64,000 nucleotides of DNA, from contig BQFW01000017.1 of assembly GCA_020891255.1 (NCBI GenBank), forward strand, positions 31,344 to 95,343, in the 5' to 3' direction. The position numbers and the translations under genes were made by a program. Source of the DNA: Entomortierella parvispora E1425 (Eukaryota; Fungi; Mortierellomycota). How positions within the stretch are numbered: position 1 is the first letter of the stretch; each line of letters begins with the position of its first letter. The notes beneath the pieces were generated by a model, which had not been told where the DNA came from, did not search any database, and saw only the letters and a list, made by a program, of their open reading frames with translations. Positions 13,807-27,216 of the stretch are shown in pieces.

Positions 13807-14198
13807 TGTGTTGGGCTGAAGAGAAGTGGGTTGGGGTAGAGAAAGAGACTTGTGTTTGTACGAGCGACGGCGGGGAAGATGGACTACTTGCTTGTTGTGA
13901 CTAACCGGGGGCAAAGCCAGAATCACTTCTATTTAAGCATCATTGCCCGGCAGAGCCCACGCTCTCTAACTTGCAGTGGGCAAATTGACATGACCAATGA
14001 AGGCGCAGGGGGCATGCCGTTGTTGCTGCTTTAAGGAGGGTCATGGTCAATTGACCAGTTTTTAAAGCTCAATTGACACAAACCTCTCAAAAGCCCATTT
14101 GAGCTCCTGAGAACTTTTCAAAAGAGGGGATGTCTGAATTGACGGTCATATTATTGTCACGGGCTATATAACATCTGTACAAATGACTATGAGAACGC

Positions 14199-15303
14199 TC
14201 AGTACCAGTCGAAAACCGAGAGACAGTTGGCCGTCTTCGCATTGACTGGATCCAACTGGTTCAGCACCCAGCGCAACACGACCTTGGATCCAATCATCAA
14301 GAGATGCTCTGGCATTGATATCGCGCAAAGGTCTTGAACCAGCGTGTTGGTAACGCCAGGGTCATTCTGGTAGCACGATTGATACGGTGTAACTACCTCA
14401 TCGTACCGGGTGGCAATGTTGGAGTAGATCACACCTGGAGAGACGTCTCCATTGGCGTTCAGCTTTTGGATAAATGGCGACGTGTTGACTGCAGAGAACA
14501 AGCCAATGCTTGGTTAGAATACGTTTTGAAGTCAATAAGGCTATCACTGCCAGCCGAGAGATCTTTAGCTTACCAAGCTCATAGAAAGCAGGGGCGAAAC
14601 TGTCAAAGATAGGTTGAGCAACATCAAACAGGTGAAGCATCTTGCCCAGCAGGACGATTCCATCCAAAGTCGTTCCGTGGTTAATGGCTGAAATTCCGAT
14701 CATGCTAAAAAAAATGAAAGTAAAAGACTGTTTGAGCTCCCTGTGCAAAAAAAAAAGCACTGCAGCAAAACCTCAAAACCTCTTCCCTCGCCATGCTTAC
14801 CGATTCACTTTGCCTGCTCCTCCCAAATAATCAACCCAATAACGACCGAGGATGCCTCCTTGCGAGTGTCCAACCAGGTCAACCTGCGAGGTGTTGGTAG
14901 CCTTGAGGACATTGTCAGCAAAGTTCGCCAGTTCCTGAGCAGATCCCGCTACATGGTTTAGACCAGCAAAGAAGGGGATCCCGGGCATACGACCATAGGT
15001 GAGCGCGAACACGCAATAGCCTTGCTGGACAAGGGCGGGAGCAAAGAGTGGGTGCCAGGATTCCTCTGTCAAGAGGGTGGCATGGACTAGAATGACTGGC
15101 CGAGGATGGGCTGCTGATGGCCTGCAGTTGTAGTTGTTAAGACCTTGCACTGTAGTGGGTTTGTCTCGCATGGGATTAGGAGCATTGTACGGCAATACAG
15201 GTACGGCAGGAGCTGCAGCGACCAACCCAGGTGCAGCCATCAGGATGACCGACATCCAGGCGAAAAGTATAGACAAAAGGGTTTTCATATTTGACATTGA
15301 CAT
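14199..15303 (-). CDS. Secreted triacylglycerol lipase, class 2 (PF01674-like), two introns
   Basis: Signal peptide, NNYNCRPSAAHPRPVILVHAT, GYCVFALTYG, nucleophile elbow VDLVGHSQGG, acid TRYDEVVTP and His QDLCAISMPEHL. Introns 14705-14800 and 14489-14573 join in frame. Confidence 0.92.
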
Positions 15304-16742
15304 TGGGTGAGAGAGTTAAGAATATATACAAAGATGGCTATATAACAATGTTGAAAGGGGAAGAGACACGCCAAAGACACAAGCAGCAAAGAAAGGGCAG
15401 TGTGTGAGGTTGGGATGGAAAGTCAAAGGATGGGGGGGGCGAAAAGTCGACGAAGAGCTCAACAACGAGGGGATTCTCTTTGCATCTTATACTTTCTCAG
15501 CCAGTTGTTGCTCTACAAGGAATCGGCATTTTGAAGCGCCATTGAGAACAAAGGGATGGCGTGGGACGGGGAGCCCAGGTACTTGGGGCACGTAAACTGT
15601 GGAGGGTGAGTGGAGAGAAAGTGGAGTATTTGGCATGGGCACGCCAGTGTCGGGGTTGTCGTATGTGGGGGGCGGCAAAACGGACAGAAAGAAACATCGT
15701 CTTCCTTCCAATTTCTCTGCTTTTACCCCTGCAGCGAAGAGCTGCATGCATTGTTGCAACGGCTGATTCCTTTGATCGCGACTGGCGCGGCGAGCATGAG
15801 ACAATCAATCCATCCTTCTGCCATTAGTTTAGAACAGAGTGAGGTGGCGGGCAGAGAGAGAGAGAGAAGGCAAGTGGAGAAAGACCACATCTTTTGATGG
15901 CACGCACATGTCTGAAGTTTGTATCGATTACAATTGCTCTTCTTTTGTGTCTTCAGCTTGCTGTACAGAGCAAATACAGTCTACTGCTGCTGAGGTGATG
16001 TCTGTCCCTGAGAGCATATTTTTCAACAGGGAACAACAGGGAACAACAGAGAGCACTCTACAACGGCAAGAGTACGTGCCATCGGGTGCATCATGTCTCT
16101 GGACCAGCATCTCGGTTCTCTCGATCATGATGAGCCGGAATAAAGAAGAAAAGAATGGAAGCAGGACAAGAGCGAAGGAGCCGAAGAGTGGGCGCATGCA
16201 GCCGGGGCGGACCGGTCCTCTATTACGGCGCTCATTCGTACTTTACGAACATGAGGGTACCACAAGAGGGGTCAAAAAGATAGACAGGGACCAGTGTGGT
16301 CAGGTACTTTGGCAGCCGTACAGTTACGCGTGAGACCTTGTTTGGCGCCAGTTCCATAAATGATCTCCACACCGGCGCAACCTTCCTCACCCAACGTCAT
16401 GGCAAGCTTGGACTTGTTGTGCTTTTCTCATGGTTCCTCCAGTTTCTGCACAAACACACGTTTTCGTTTTCGCGCTAGGGGGACTGGGCAAGTAAGATCA
16501 ATTGATTTCATGTGAAAATGACCAGTAGAGTGCAGTAGCAGGATCTCAGTTGGGCCCAAGGCCTTGATGAAGGCGCAATTGAACGTATTGCATGCGACGG
16601 CGCGTGCGTTGCATTCCGCTGAGGAGCGTGCAAGTCGGCTGTGGAGATGTGGACGCGTCGATGTCTCACCGTGCTCTACAGGAATTTTCTCCAACTATTT
16701 TTTTTTTTTTTTTTTTCATCCTCATCAGAGACCTCCACAGCG

Positions 16743-18042
16743 ATGTCTCGCTTTTTTTTCTGTCTTGTTTGGGCTTCTAAAGGTATGGACGTGGGGAAAG
16801 AGTGAGGGCATTTTTCCTGCTTCCCCACACTCCACCCACACTGATAGACACTGGCAGCCGCTCGTTACTCTACATATCCAGCATGGCTCCTCTACTCTCG
16901 CCATGGCTTTTGCCCAATCTTACATCTACACCCGGCTTCTTTGTTGCTAATGATATCGACGATGAACCCGCAAGTTACAACCAGGTAAAGCAAAGAGGAA
17001 TGAATCGTCATTACGTACCGAGGATAGCCATGTCCGTTTCATAACGTCCCACTTCTCCTTTACAGGCTGCAGCATATCTCTCTGCCAGGATATTAACTGT
17101 CGGAGGCGTTACCCTGTTCTTGGTGGGGTTGTGTAAGTGAGTGGTATCAACGATATCCACCTTTATTGGGAAGTGGTCTCGACAAGAACTCCAACTCAGA
17201 AGTTATTGATATTAACAAGAGGTCTGCCACACCTGACCCACGATAGGTTGTATTGGCGCCGTTCTGCTCCGTTTTGCTCGTTGTCAAGGACGAGTTGAAG
17301 TTCACGCTGTGGAATTTGAGAAGGCTGGTGTTCTTGACCAGGAAGCTATCGACAGATCCTTACCGATCCGTATCTGGCCTTCTACGGAGCGACTTTTGAC
17401 GGACAGCCACAATCAGGTTGTGCCCGTGACATCTATCATTCGCATAGACAAAACTGCTTCAAGTCCGGATGCCACCATTAAGGGAGGGCAGGATGCAGTC
17501 CGGCCGCCGCGGCTTCGAGGGCGATTTTTCATGGAGAAGTTTTGCAGTCGTGGAACCTCTACCTATACGAATGAAATGGACGACTCTGAGGACCATGAAC
17601 ACGAGCTGCAGGTGACAACAACACCGCGTGCCATCCCTCTCTCCTCAATGGCGAAGGCCACCGACGAACAGTCATTTAAGCAAGTCGATATGGAGGTTAT
17701 TACTAATACTGAAGAAGAGTGCTGTTGTGCGATCTGTCTTGGAGACTACCAAGTGGGGGATCGTGTCAGAGTTCTCCTCTGTGGACACGAGTATCATGCA
17801 GAATGCGTTGGTAAGTATTCTTTCTTTTTGTTGCATGTGTCCATTTTTTTTTTTTTGTTTTTTTTGGACTTGTTGACTGAGATTCCTCATATCTTTTGGA
17901 CGTAGATGTCTGGCTCACTCACAAGTCCACGCACTGCCCACTCTGCAAGCACGATCTACTGGACGATATTGATTTGCTGCTGGTCTCTCCTAGCTCGCCA
18001 TCATCCACCCCTAGCGACTTTGGCCACGGGTACCGGCCTTGA
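16743..18042 (+). CDS. RING-H2 E3 ubiquitin ligase, probably transmembrane
   Basis: C3H2C3 finger CAICLGDYQVGDRVRVLLCGHEYHAECV|DVWLTHKSTHCPLC split by a GTAAGT intron. The 5' exons and start codon are tentative. Confidence 0.7.
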
Positions 18043-18526
18043 AGACAGGAAAGTTAGAAAGTTAGTTCCCACCGCCATCCACTCCCTCCACCCTCGTTAA
18101 TTTTAATTTTACCCATGTCCAGACAGACTGATAGAGATGAAGAAAGGAAAACAATGCTGTGCGTGCGTGTTCTCTGTGAGGTGGTGTGTGGTTTGTGTGT
18201 GAGTGGTGTGTGTGATGTGTGTGTGTGTGCTCTGTGCACTGTGCACGATGGCTGCCAACAAACACCCAGACTCAGAGAGTGAGACACCCGACCACCGATC
18301 GATTTGATCACTCTCTTCCAGGCTGGCTGGGAAACCGGTTTTTGGCTCGAGAGACTCCCTTTCGCGCAATGCATGCTTTTGGCGCTGGTCCCTTTCTTCA
18401 TTCCATCTTTCCATCCACCCTTTCCCACTCCTCAACCCTTCCTCCCTTTCTCGGACAACACTCACTCACGCTCTCCCCTAGTTTTGCTCATTCCCTGCTC
18501 ATTTCCGAATGGCACTCCAAAAGTCC

Positions 18527-20393
18527 ATGTCATTCGTTCGAATGATGGTTCCCAAGGTGCCGCTACTGGTTTCGACCACAGTGAACCACTTTGTTGTTGG
18601 CCCTCCAAAGCCTTCCTGGGACTACCGGTTCTACATCACCATGGCCCTGATGCAATCGTTTGTAGCACAGCTGAACCACGTACCTGTTTTACAGTCGCAA
18701 GCCATGTCCCGGCTCAGTGAGGAGGACGCACCTGTGAATCCAGCAGCTCTCGCGACTCCAGAGACTGTCCCCAACTCATACAGGGATCGGGCCGCAGAGA
18801 TCCTCGATCAATTGCTTGCCAGACAAGGACTTGACGCCACCAAACTTGGCTGGGACTGGAAGAATGACCCGAGAGCAAAAGAGCCTCTGGCTGGAGAGTG
18901 GACCGAGGCCAGAGAAAAGGATGAAGATCATGTCAAGGGCAGAACGATTCTTTATTGTAACGATCCAATACCTTTCACTGGATCATTATCTGAGAAGGGA
19001 GCTCCTCCCAAAACAACCCAATAACCCCTTTCTTCAATCCATAGGTCATGGTGGTGGTTATTTCCTTGCATCTATTCAAACTCATCGATGGGCTACCTGG
19101 GCCATGGCCCGTCTCTCTGGATCAAGAGTATTTTGTATGAGATGCTCATGGCGCCTAGGGTTGAGTTTCATATCTTGTCATCTCGTTTGCGTGCTAACAA
19201 CAACACTTTGATTCATTCAGCAATTGATTACAGACTGGCTCCCTCCTCCCCCTTCCCTGCCGCTGTTCATGTTAGTGGCCACGTCTCGGAGAAGCAAGAG
19301 GGGTGCGCACATTACCTCGGCGGTGGAAGCTAACCCTCTTTTCTTCTTACAACCTCTTAAAAGGACTCCTTAGCTGCGTACCTGTTCCTGATTCAGCCTC
19401 CAGAGCATTCAGGCATCGATGCGGTAGATCCGAAGGACATCGTCATCATGGGCGATTCTGCAGGAGGAGGTGAGATCAGTGGACCAAACCAAATGGCCAG
19501 ACGTGCGTCCCTGATTTTTGTTTTGTTTTGACCAATTCCCCCTGCTGCTTTTTAGGATTGGCGTACGGCACAATGTTGGCCATTCGCGATGCAGGTCTGC
19601 CCATGCCTGCGGGTGTGATTGGCTGGAGTCCATGGTAAATCCAGGTAGCTACCAAATCCTCCTGTCTCTGAAGATGATTTATCTTACCCATTTCTTTATT
19701 GTAGGTTGGATCTTCTTCATTCCATGCCGTCGGTCTTCTCGAACGTTAGATCAGACTACCTCCCGGCCGAAGGTTTCACTCAAGGTGGCCAAGGGTCGAT
19801 CAGGCGTGTTGCCAAACTGGCCGCGACTATCAAACCAGACGATATCGTTCTGCACCATCCCGAGCTTCCATCGATCCAATATTACGCATCCAATGTTGCT
19901 CTGGACTGCCCCTATGTCAGTCCGCTGTGCGAGAAGAATCTCGACGGGACTTGTCCAATGCTTGTGGTAGGGGTTGATGATTCGAAACGCACTCTACACC
20001 TCGGTGTTTTCTCTCTCTGACCGGATCTCTTGTTCTTTAACTCTCTGACCATAGATTGCAGGCGACGGCGAAATGCTGCGAGACGAGGCCATTGTCTTTG
20101 CAGAAAAGAACGCTGGAACGAGGGAGGATCTTCATTTGTTCATTTACGACGACATGCCTCATGTTTTCCAGATGTTTGATTTCCTTCCGTCGGCTACCCA
20201 CGCTATGGAGGCCAGTGCACAGTTTATCCGCAAGGTCACCTGCGGAGGTGAAGGGGTGAAACACCGCAAGGCTGTTCGAGTTAATGTGCTTGGAGAGGAG
20301 CGCGCGTTGGAGGATGGGATTGTGGAAGGTTGGGAGAAACGCGTCGGGAAGCTGGGCGGTGGACGGGAAGTCCTCATCAGCCTGTTGTCGTAA
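18527..20393 (+). CDS. Alpha/beta hydrolase (hormone-sensitive lipase/abhydrolase_3 family esterase)
   Basis: HGGGY oxyanion motif, AIDYRLAP, GDSAGGG nucleophile, LRDE and DDMPHVFQ (Asp/His) across several exons. Confidence 0.92.
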
Positions 20394-20842
20394 TAGAAAA
20401 CAGAGGCGTAGACCAGAGCAGATACCCCATACCCCCTAACAAAGAATGCACATAGCAAAGCAGAAGATGGTCGCGTGCGGTGTCACCAGCCAGAATGAAG
20501 ACCCATCCCGGGAAAAGTGGAAGAATAGGCCATGGCCGTTGCAACGCCCACGGAACGCAACACACATCCAGGGCATTCCCCCCGGCTGTCTATCTCGTCT
20601 TCCCGTACGTAATCATTGTTATTGTGCTCACTTTCCATTTTGGCCTTTTCCCGGCGTTTGGGCATAGAGCGGAGTGAGTGAAAAGCATGGAGCACGCCTG
20701 GTCCCCAGCATGGACTTGAAGAATCTGTTGAGCGCTGTTTATCACTCTCCCGTTGCTCTCTTCCTGTTCTCTTTTCTTTTTTCATTCAGTCTCATTCCTC
20801 CTCCCCTCTTTTTCTTTCCATTCACCTCGTTCTCTCTCAAGG

Positions 20843-23357
20843 ATGCCGCAAGACGGGGACCACGAAGAGACGCCACTCCTCCTTGACCAGGACGATGATC
20901 ACCTGGACGAGAACAATGAGTCTGAGGATCAGCGCACCTCCCATCGCAGACATGCCGAGGCCTTGATTGGTAACATTCGCAATGTGCTCGAGAACCAGAT
21001 TCCTAATGGCCACAGCACCACCACTCCGGCTTCGTCTCCACAAAAGATTCACGCTCTCCTGCCTCGCCTCTTTGGCCTGATCAACTCGCTTGTGGACTCG
21101 CCTGATGTGGATGACGATATTATAACGGACGACGTTGTCGAGTTCTTGGCTGGCCATGGCCGCGAGGTCGTCTACGGTCTCTTGCGTTGTGTCGAAACCT
21201 GCATGGAGGAAGGAGAGCGCGATGTCGGTCGCAAGCGCCTGTTGAATCGCCGCGCCGAGATTGCACAGATTGCTGCCGCGGAAGTGACCAAAGCTTTCGT
21301 CAAGAAGGACATGATGGCAACGTACTGTCATGTGTTGACCCGCCCTTACTATGCTCTGGGCGAGAGTCGCAACACGGCCGAGAACGCGCTCGAAATTGCC
21401 ATCCGAGTCCATGCAACAGACTTTTTGGCCGAGGTGGAAGTGCAACGCTGTGTCCAGGCACTCTGGAACGGTCTCATTCTGCAGACAGAAGATGAGGAGT
21501 GTCGCATTCGTTTCGTCGAGTACAGTGGATTGCGTCGCTCGAGACACATTTTGTGGGAATGGATCGATGTTCGCCGCCTAAACGTTCCAAAGTACGAGAT
21601 AAGGACATTGAGCTGATGTTCAAAGAGTTGAGCTCCCTCTTACTTATTTCTCTCTTTCTCTCTTTCTACAACCTGAACAGGTACCAGAACAACTTGAAGA
21701 TTGCCATGTTTATCTTGTTTTTGGCCATGTACTCAATTGTCGTCAACAACCGCACTCAGTACCCAACCTTTGTCGAATGGTCGGTCTATGTTTTTGTCTG
21801 CGGCTACATCTTTGAAGAGTTTCGTCTTGTAAGAAATCATACCAAGACTCCGGAGGCTTTGCGATGGCGACTTCGGCTCAAGTTTTCTGATAATGTCCAA
21901 CTCGTTTCATTAGATCTTTGAGGGTGGCACCGCATTCTTCCTGGGCAGTGTTTGGCACTGGATCAATATCATCTCCTACTCTGTGTTCCTGATTTCGTTT
22001 GGCTTCCGCTTTACTGGCTGCTACTTGAGCACGGATATCAAGACGATAGAATCATACACCAACATCGCCTATGATCTCTTGGCTATCCTCGCTATCTTCC
22101 TCTGGGTCAAGACATTGTCTCTCCTTGATGGTTTCCAGTACTTTGGTAAGGAATTTTCAGAAGTTTGCTCTATTCTATTTGATCGCATAGCTGTCGCTTA
22201 CATGATTCTGCTTGCTTGCGTTCACAGGAACTATGATCATGGTGCTACAAAAGATGTTGAAGGACGGTATCATGTTCTTCTGGCTCCTGGCCTGGGTTTA
22301 CATTGGATTTTTCCAGAGTTTCTACGCCTTGCAAAGGGATGAGGAGAAGAACTTTCACAATTCGACAATGCTCCTTGTCCGCGGTTTCCTTCAGGACCCC
22401 GACTGGGATCTTGCTCACGAAATCGACAACAACTACGGAAACGGTGTGTTTGCACTGTACCTCTTCCTGACTTCCATTATTCTGCTGAACTTGTTGGTGG
22501 CTCTTTTCAACTCGTCTTATACCAACATCACGGATTCTGCAGAGAAGGAGTACCTGGCACTTTACACGTTCAAGGTGTTTTCATACCTGAAGTCGCCCGA
22601 TGAGTTCCCCTATGCGGCTCCATTCAATATTATCGAGGTCTTCTTCATTATTCCATGGAGCGTGATTGTGTCCAGAAAAACATATGCAAAGATCAACAGA
22701 ATAGTCATGGGAGCTCTGTTCTGTGTGCCGCTTCTGATTATCGCCCGAGATGAGCGAAAACGCTACTTGAAGCTGAGAAACACCGACGATGAGAATGATC
22801 TTGAAGGAGGAAGACGCCTTTACCGTCACCTGACTCAAGACGACTCGGATGTGGACGACGATGATCTGTTCTTGCAGGCAACTCAGCAATTCGAGAACGG
22901 CGAAAGCGGGGCCACCACAACTACAGGAGAAACTGCTGTAACGGTGGTGCAGGCCGAGGAGGGTATTGCTGCGCAAGCATCGGAGGATCCCTGGGGCTTG
23001 TCCAAATCCCCTCTAGAGTCGTTTGATGAATTCAGAGAGCGTCGAGCAAAGGAGCGGGGGTCTAAAGTCATGGCAGGGGGTGATCACCACTCAAGTGCTG
23101 TCAAGGCTCAGTCCCAGCCCCAGGCAGAGAACACGGCCAGGACCACGCAGCAGGAAGGTGGCGTGCCACATCCAACCGCAGCTACAAATAGCCCCGGCCA
23201 ATTGACGGACACCTTGGTGCAGTCGTTGTTGGCCAGCTTGGCGCGTATGGAAAGCCGGCAGCAGGAAATGGAGGCCATGATCCAGACCTACATTGAGCAG
23301 GATAAGGAGTCCAAGGCGCTTTCTATGGCCGAGGAGGCATCGACAGAGGATCAGTAA
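20843..23357 (+). CDS. YVC1: Vacuolar TRP cation channel (TRPY1/Yvc1-like)
   Basis: NALEIAIRVHATDFLAEVEVQRCVQALWNG, six TM segments, S5 FFWLLAWVYIGFFQSF, S6 LFLTSIILLNLLVALFNSSY, post-S6 APFNIIE and an acidic tail. Confidence 0.9.
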
Positions 23358-23637
23358 CTTTCAAACGTGCAGATGGCGCAAGATGTCAAATAAAAAATAA
23401 AAAATAAAAAAAAAGCCCCCACAAAAAGAAATGATTGGTGGCGCAAACGAGAAGAGAGCAGTCCACTGTCCACCACGCCCGTCCTGTTGCCACCATGCAT
23501 GCTTTGCTTGCATGGCGCATCCCCCTGTGCAAATTGCGTTTGTCCCAGCCCCCTGTCCCCTTTGTTGCCCTGCTGCTCGTCTCCTTGCTGTCCGTCTTCA
23601 TTGCACCGAGTCGTCCCTGCTCGACTCCTTTCTTCCA

Positions 23638-26600
23638 ATGGACATCTTGCGCGCCATGTTCCCGGGCCATGCCCCTGCTCTACTTCAATCGCATCTCGAT
23701 CGAGCGCACGGCGTAGTGGACGTTGCTGTGGACGCGATTTTATCCGGGCCTCCAGCCGCAGATGCTTCGACCAGCACTGCACACTCCCGCCAAAACAACA
23801 ACGGGAATATACCAACTTCTGGCCCAAATAATGTCATTGTCCTGGACGACGACGACGACGACGACGACAACAACAACAATAACAACAAGTCCAAACGCGG
23901 CAACTACTACATGTGTACCAACAAAAACCCCAATCATGTTTGCGGTTTCAACAACAGGAATAGCAACAAGAACGATAAAAAAAGTAAGGGCATTGGCAAC
24001 AACAACCCTCACATAAATGGCCGTGTCGTACTCGTTGACAGCGGAAGCGATGGGGACATGTTTGAAGCCTATGACTTTGATGAGGGCGAAGCAGATTGGG
24101 CACCACCGCCAGGCCCATCGACGACATCACAGTCCGCTGTAGTTCAGAAAGAACGACCTCAGAGTGTGATCGATGCTGGCGGTAGCAGCTCTTCTGCTGG
24201 AAGCTTTGAAGCCTTTCACCAGGAACAGGAGCGGGCAAAGGAATTACAGCGATTAAAGGCAGAGGAACTTATGAGGGAGCGCAAGATGCTGGTCGACAAT
24301 TTTATTGGCATGGCAAAGGACATGTTTGAAAACATCTCGGTTGCGTATTTGGAAAAGCTGATGGAGGAAACAAGGCCGAAAGTCGCCTCGGAGGACGAAC
24401 TGGTCGACAAGTGCATGGACACACTTTTTGGACTCAAGGGACAATACCCCAAGGACAACAAAGGCAAAAGGAAAAGATCTGATTCAGATCAGGAAGGCGA
24501 TGAAGAAGATGTAGACGAATTTTCATCAGGCTCGAACGGACCACTTGGTGGACCTTCTACTGCATCGGGCTCTGGTAAGCCGCGCGACTTTACGGACTGC
24601 AAAATCAGGATGTCGGGGCCATATACTACGGACAGGTGAGCACTCTTTCTACTACTGGTGCTGCTATGGGCTGAAAACGGCAACAGCATGATTGAAATGC
24701 AATGGCGAGCGACTGACCTGCAACATGGCTTCTTCTCTTGCAGTGCGAAACAGTTGTACCAAGACTTTCCAAAGGTCTCAACCACGACTATTCGGACGTG
24801 TTTAATGCAGCACTCGTTTCACTATGTTCCTTCATTCGACTACATGACGGCGTTGTGGAAAGCCCATCGAGACAAGGGAGAAAATGGGGATGGAAAGGGG
24901 AAAGAGCCGGCCATTGAGGGTCCACTCATCAGACTCGTCGAAAACAAGAGTGTCCGGAAAAATGTGGGTCCTCCGGACCTTAACTCGGTTGATCCAGACT
25001 TTGCTCAAGAGTGGCAGTGGCTGCAGTCAAGAATCGGTAAGGGGGGAAGTACTTACTGCACACTGGAGACAACCCGCGGCCATCTAACTTTTCGTCCTCA
25101 CCAAAACAAATATAGCAAAGGAGACCCGAGAGGCAGAAAAAATCAAAGCGGAGGCCGACAATCTTCAATATTATACCGACATGAACGAACTTGTAGAATG
25201 GTGAGTAAAGACAATGGGCTGACATTTGGTGAACAACTCCATCGGGCTGAGCATTGATTAACCGAGCCTTTTTTTTTTTTTTTTTTTTTTTTGTAGTGGC
25301 TGTTGCTTTGACGACGTCCCTCCCAATCGCATGGCACAGTGTGAGGAGGGCCATCTCTTTTGCCTCTCCTGTGCAAGACAGGCTGCTGAAGTGGAGTTGG
25401 GATATCAGCGCACCGTGTTAAAGTGTATGACCCCTGGCTGCAAGGCGACTTTTACGGATTCTGAAGCAATCAAATTTCTGGCCCGTCCAGTGTTCCAAGG
25501 TCTTCAGCGAGCCAGGCAGCAAAACGAGCTCAAAATGGTAAGATTCTTTGATTCATTGGCCTGAACCCTATCATTGCGGACCAAATTCCTAACCATGGGT
25601 TGATTGTTCTACAAATAGGCTGGTATCGAGGGATTGGTGGAATGCCCATTTTGTTCATACGCAGCTGTGGTGGAGAATGAAGAGGACAAGGAATTCCGTT
25701 GCCAGGCTCCCAAGTGTAAGAGGGTTTCCTGCCGGTTGTGCAAGGCCCCTACTCATATTCCTCAATCATGTGAAGGTACTCCTACGAGTCAATGGATATG
25801 GCCCTCAGTGCTGCGTATGGTATTCTAACGAGTTTGACATTTGAACTTAACGCCGTAGAATATAAGAAGGAGCAGGAAAAAAACAACGTCCTGACAGTAC
25901 AACACAAGGTGGAGGAGCAGATGTCTGAAGCTTTGATCCGAGAGTGTACACAGTGTGCTACAAGATTTTTCAAGGATGAAGGCAAGTATAGGAACGACCG
26001 CGGAGATTTTTTTGTAGACTTGGATCTACACCAACTGACTTCAAAGGTGGCCGTTGCCATTTTTTTTTTCTTTTTTTTCTTCTCTTTTTCTTCTTCTCTT
26101 GTTTCCAGGATGTAACAAGATGACCTGCCCCAAGTGCCATTCTTTCATGTGCTACGTGTGCAAGACCAAGATCAAAGACTACAGCCATTTTGATCAGACA
26201 CCGGCCAACTCCCCTGCAAAGAACCCCAATCGTACGTACCTTTTGTTATTCGTAGTCGTGATTTTGATGTCACTCGCTTTACTTACAAAGCCCTTGGGTC
26301 AACATTTAGTGTGCCGACTCTGGGACAATACGATTGAGCGCAATGAGAGCGATGTGAGGGCGGCAGCCCAACGAACCATGGAGGAACTTCAGCGTGAGAC
26401 TCCAGATCTTGTCGCTCATGTTCGGCTAGATATACCAAAGGCTCCACCGCAGGCAGCGCCACGGCCTGCCGCACCCCGCCGACAACAAAATGCACAGCAA
26501 CAACTGCAAGCACAACTGCAAGCACAGCAGCAAGCACAACAGCAAGCACAGCTTGCCGCAAATATGCGGGCTCGCCAGCAAGAACGGGAAGTTCTAGCAT

Positions 26601-26773
26601 TAATGCGTCAGCAGCGGCGACATGATCGACATGTGCGGCAGGAGCGGCAAGAACGACACCAAAGGGCGCAATTGCCGCAACCTGTGGAGAGACAATTGCC
26701 ACAACAGCCACCGCCACCACAGCCACAGCGACAACCACAACCACAACCAGTACCATTGCCGCGACCACAACTT

Positions 26774-26805
<32 letters not shown>

Positions 26806-27145
26806 GCAAGCTCAAGCACAACCACGGCCACAACAGCAGGCTCAAGCGCAACCACGACCACAACTGCAGCAGCAACCACAACCACAGCCGCAACTGAGAC
26901 CACACCATCAACCGCAGCAGCAACAACAACTGCAACTGCAACCGCAGCTAATATCACAGCCAGCAGAAGAACTCCAAGAGCAACTACGACAGAGGATGCA
27001 ACAAGTTCATCAATTGGAACTTCAATTTCAAGAACAAGAGCGGCAACGGGCTCGCCAATATGAACAGCGCCTCCAAGAGATGAATCAAGAATATCGGCAG
27101 CAGCAGCGACAGAAGGAAGGACAGCATCAGCCAAGAGGACTTTGA
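23638..27145 (+). CDS. RBR (RING1-IBR-RING2) E3 ubiquitin ligase, RNF216/TRIAD3-like, with CUE-like N-terminus and Q/P-rich tail
   Basis: RING1 ECGCCFDD..CEEGHLFCLSC..CMTPGC, IBR ECPFCSY..FRCQAPKCKRVSCRLCKAPTHIPQSC, RING2 ECTQC..KDEGCNKMTCPKCHSFMCYVC. One intron (25982-26108) has a GC donor. Confidence 0.9.
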
Positions 27146-27216
27146 CCAAAAGTCAATGGCTGAAAGATAATAAAAGACTCCAAAAATATTTATTTTACAG
27201 GATTTGTCATGTTGTA

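Noticed and set aside
15487-16333. Small ORFs between the lipase and RING gene, one with a PPPTY motif
   Set aside because: No convincing start, splice pattern or family similarity. The PY motif is plausibly chance.
26283-27149. 288-aa Val/Ala-rich minus-strand ORF (likewise 48945-49409 and 49063-49287)
   Set aside because: Antisense shadows of CAG/CAA-rich coding repeats.
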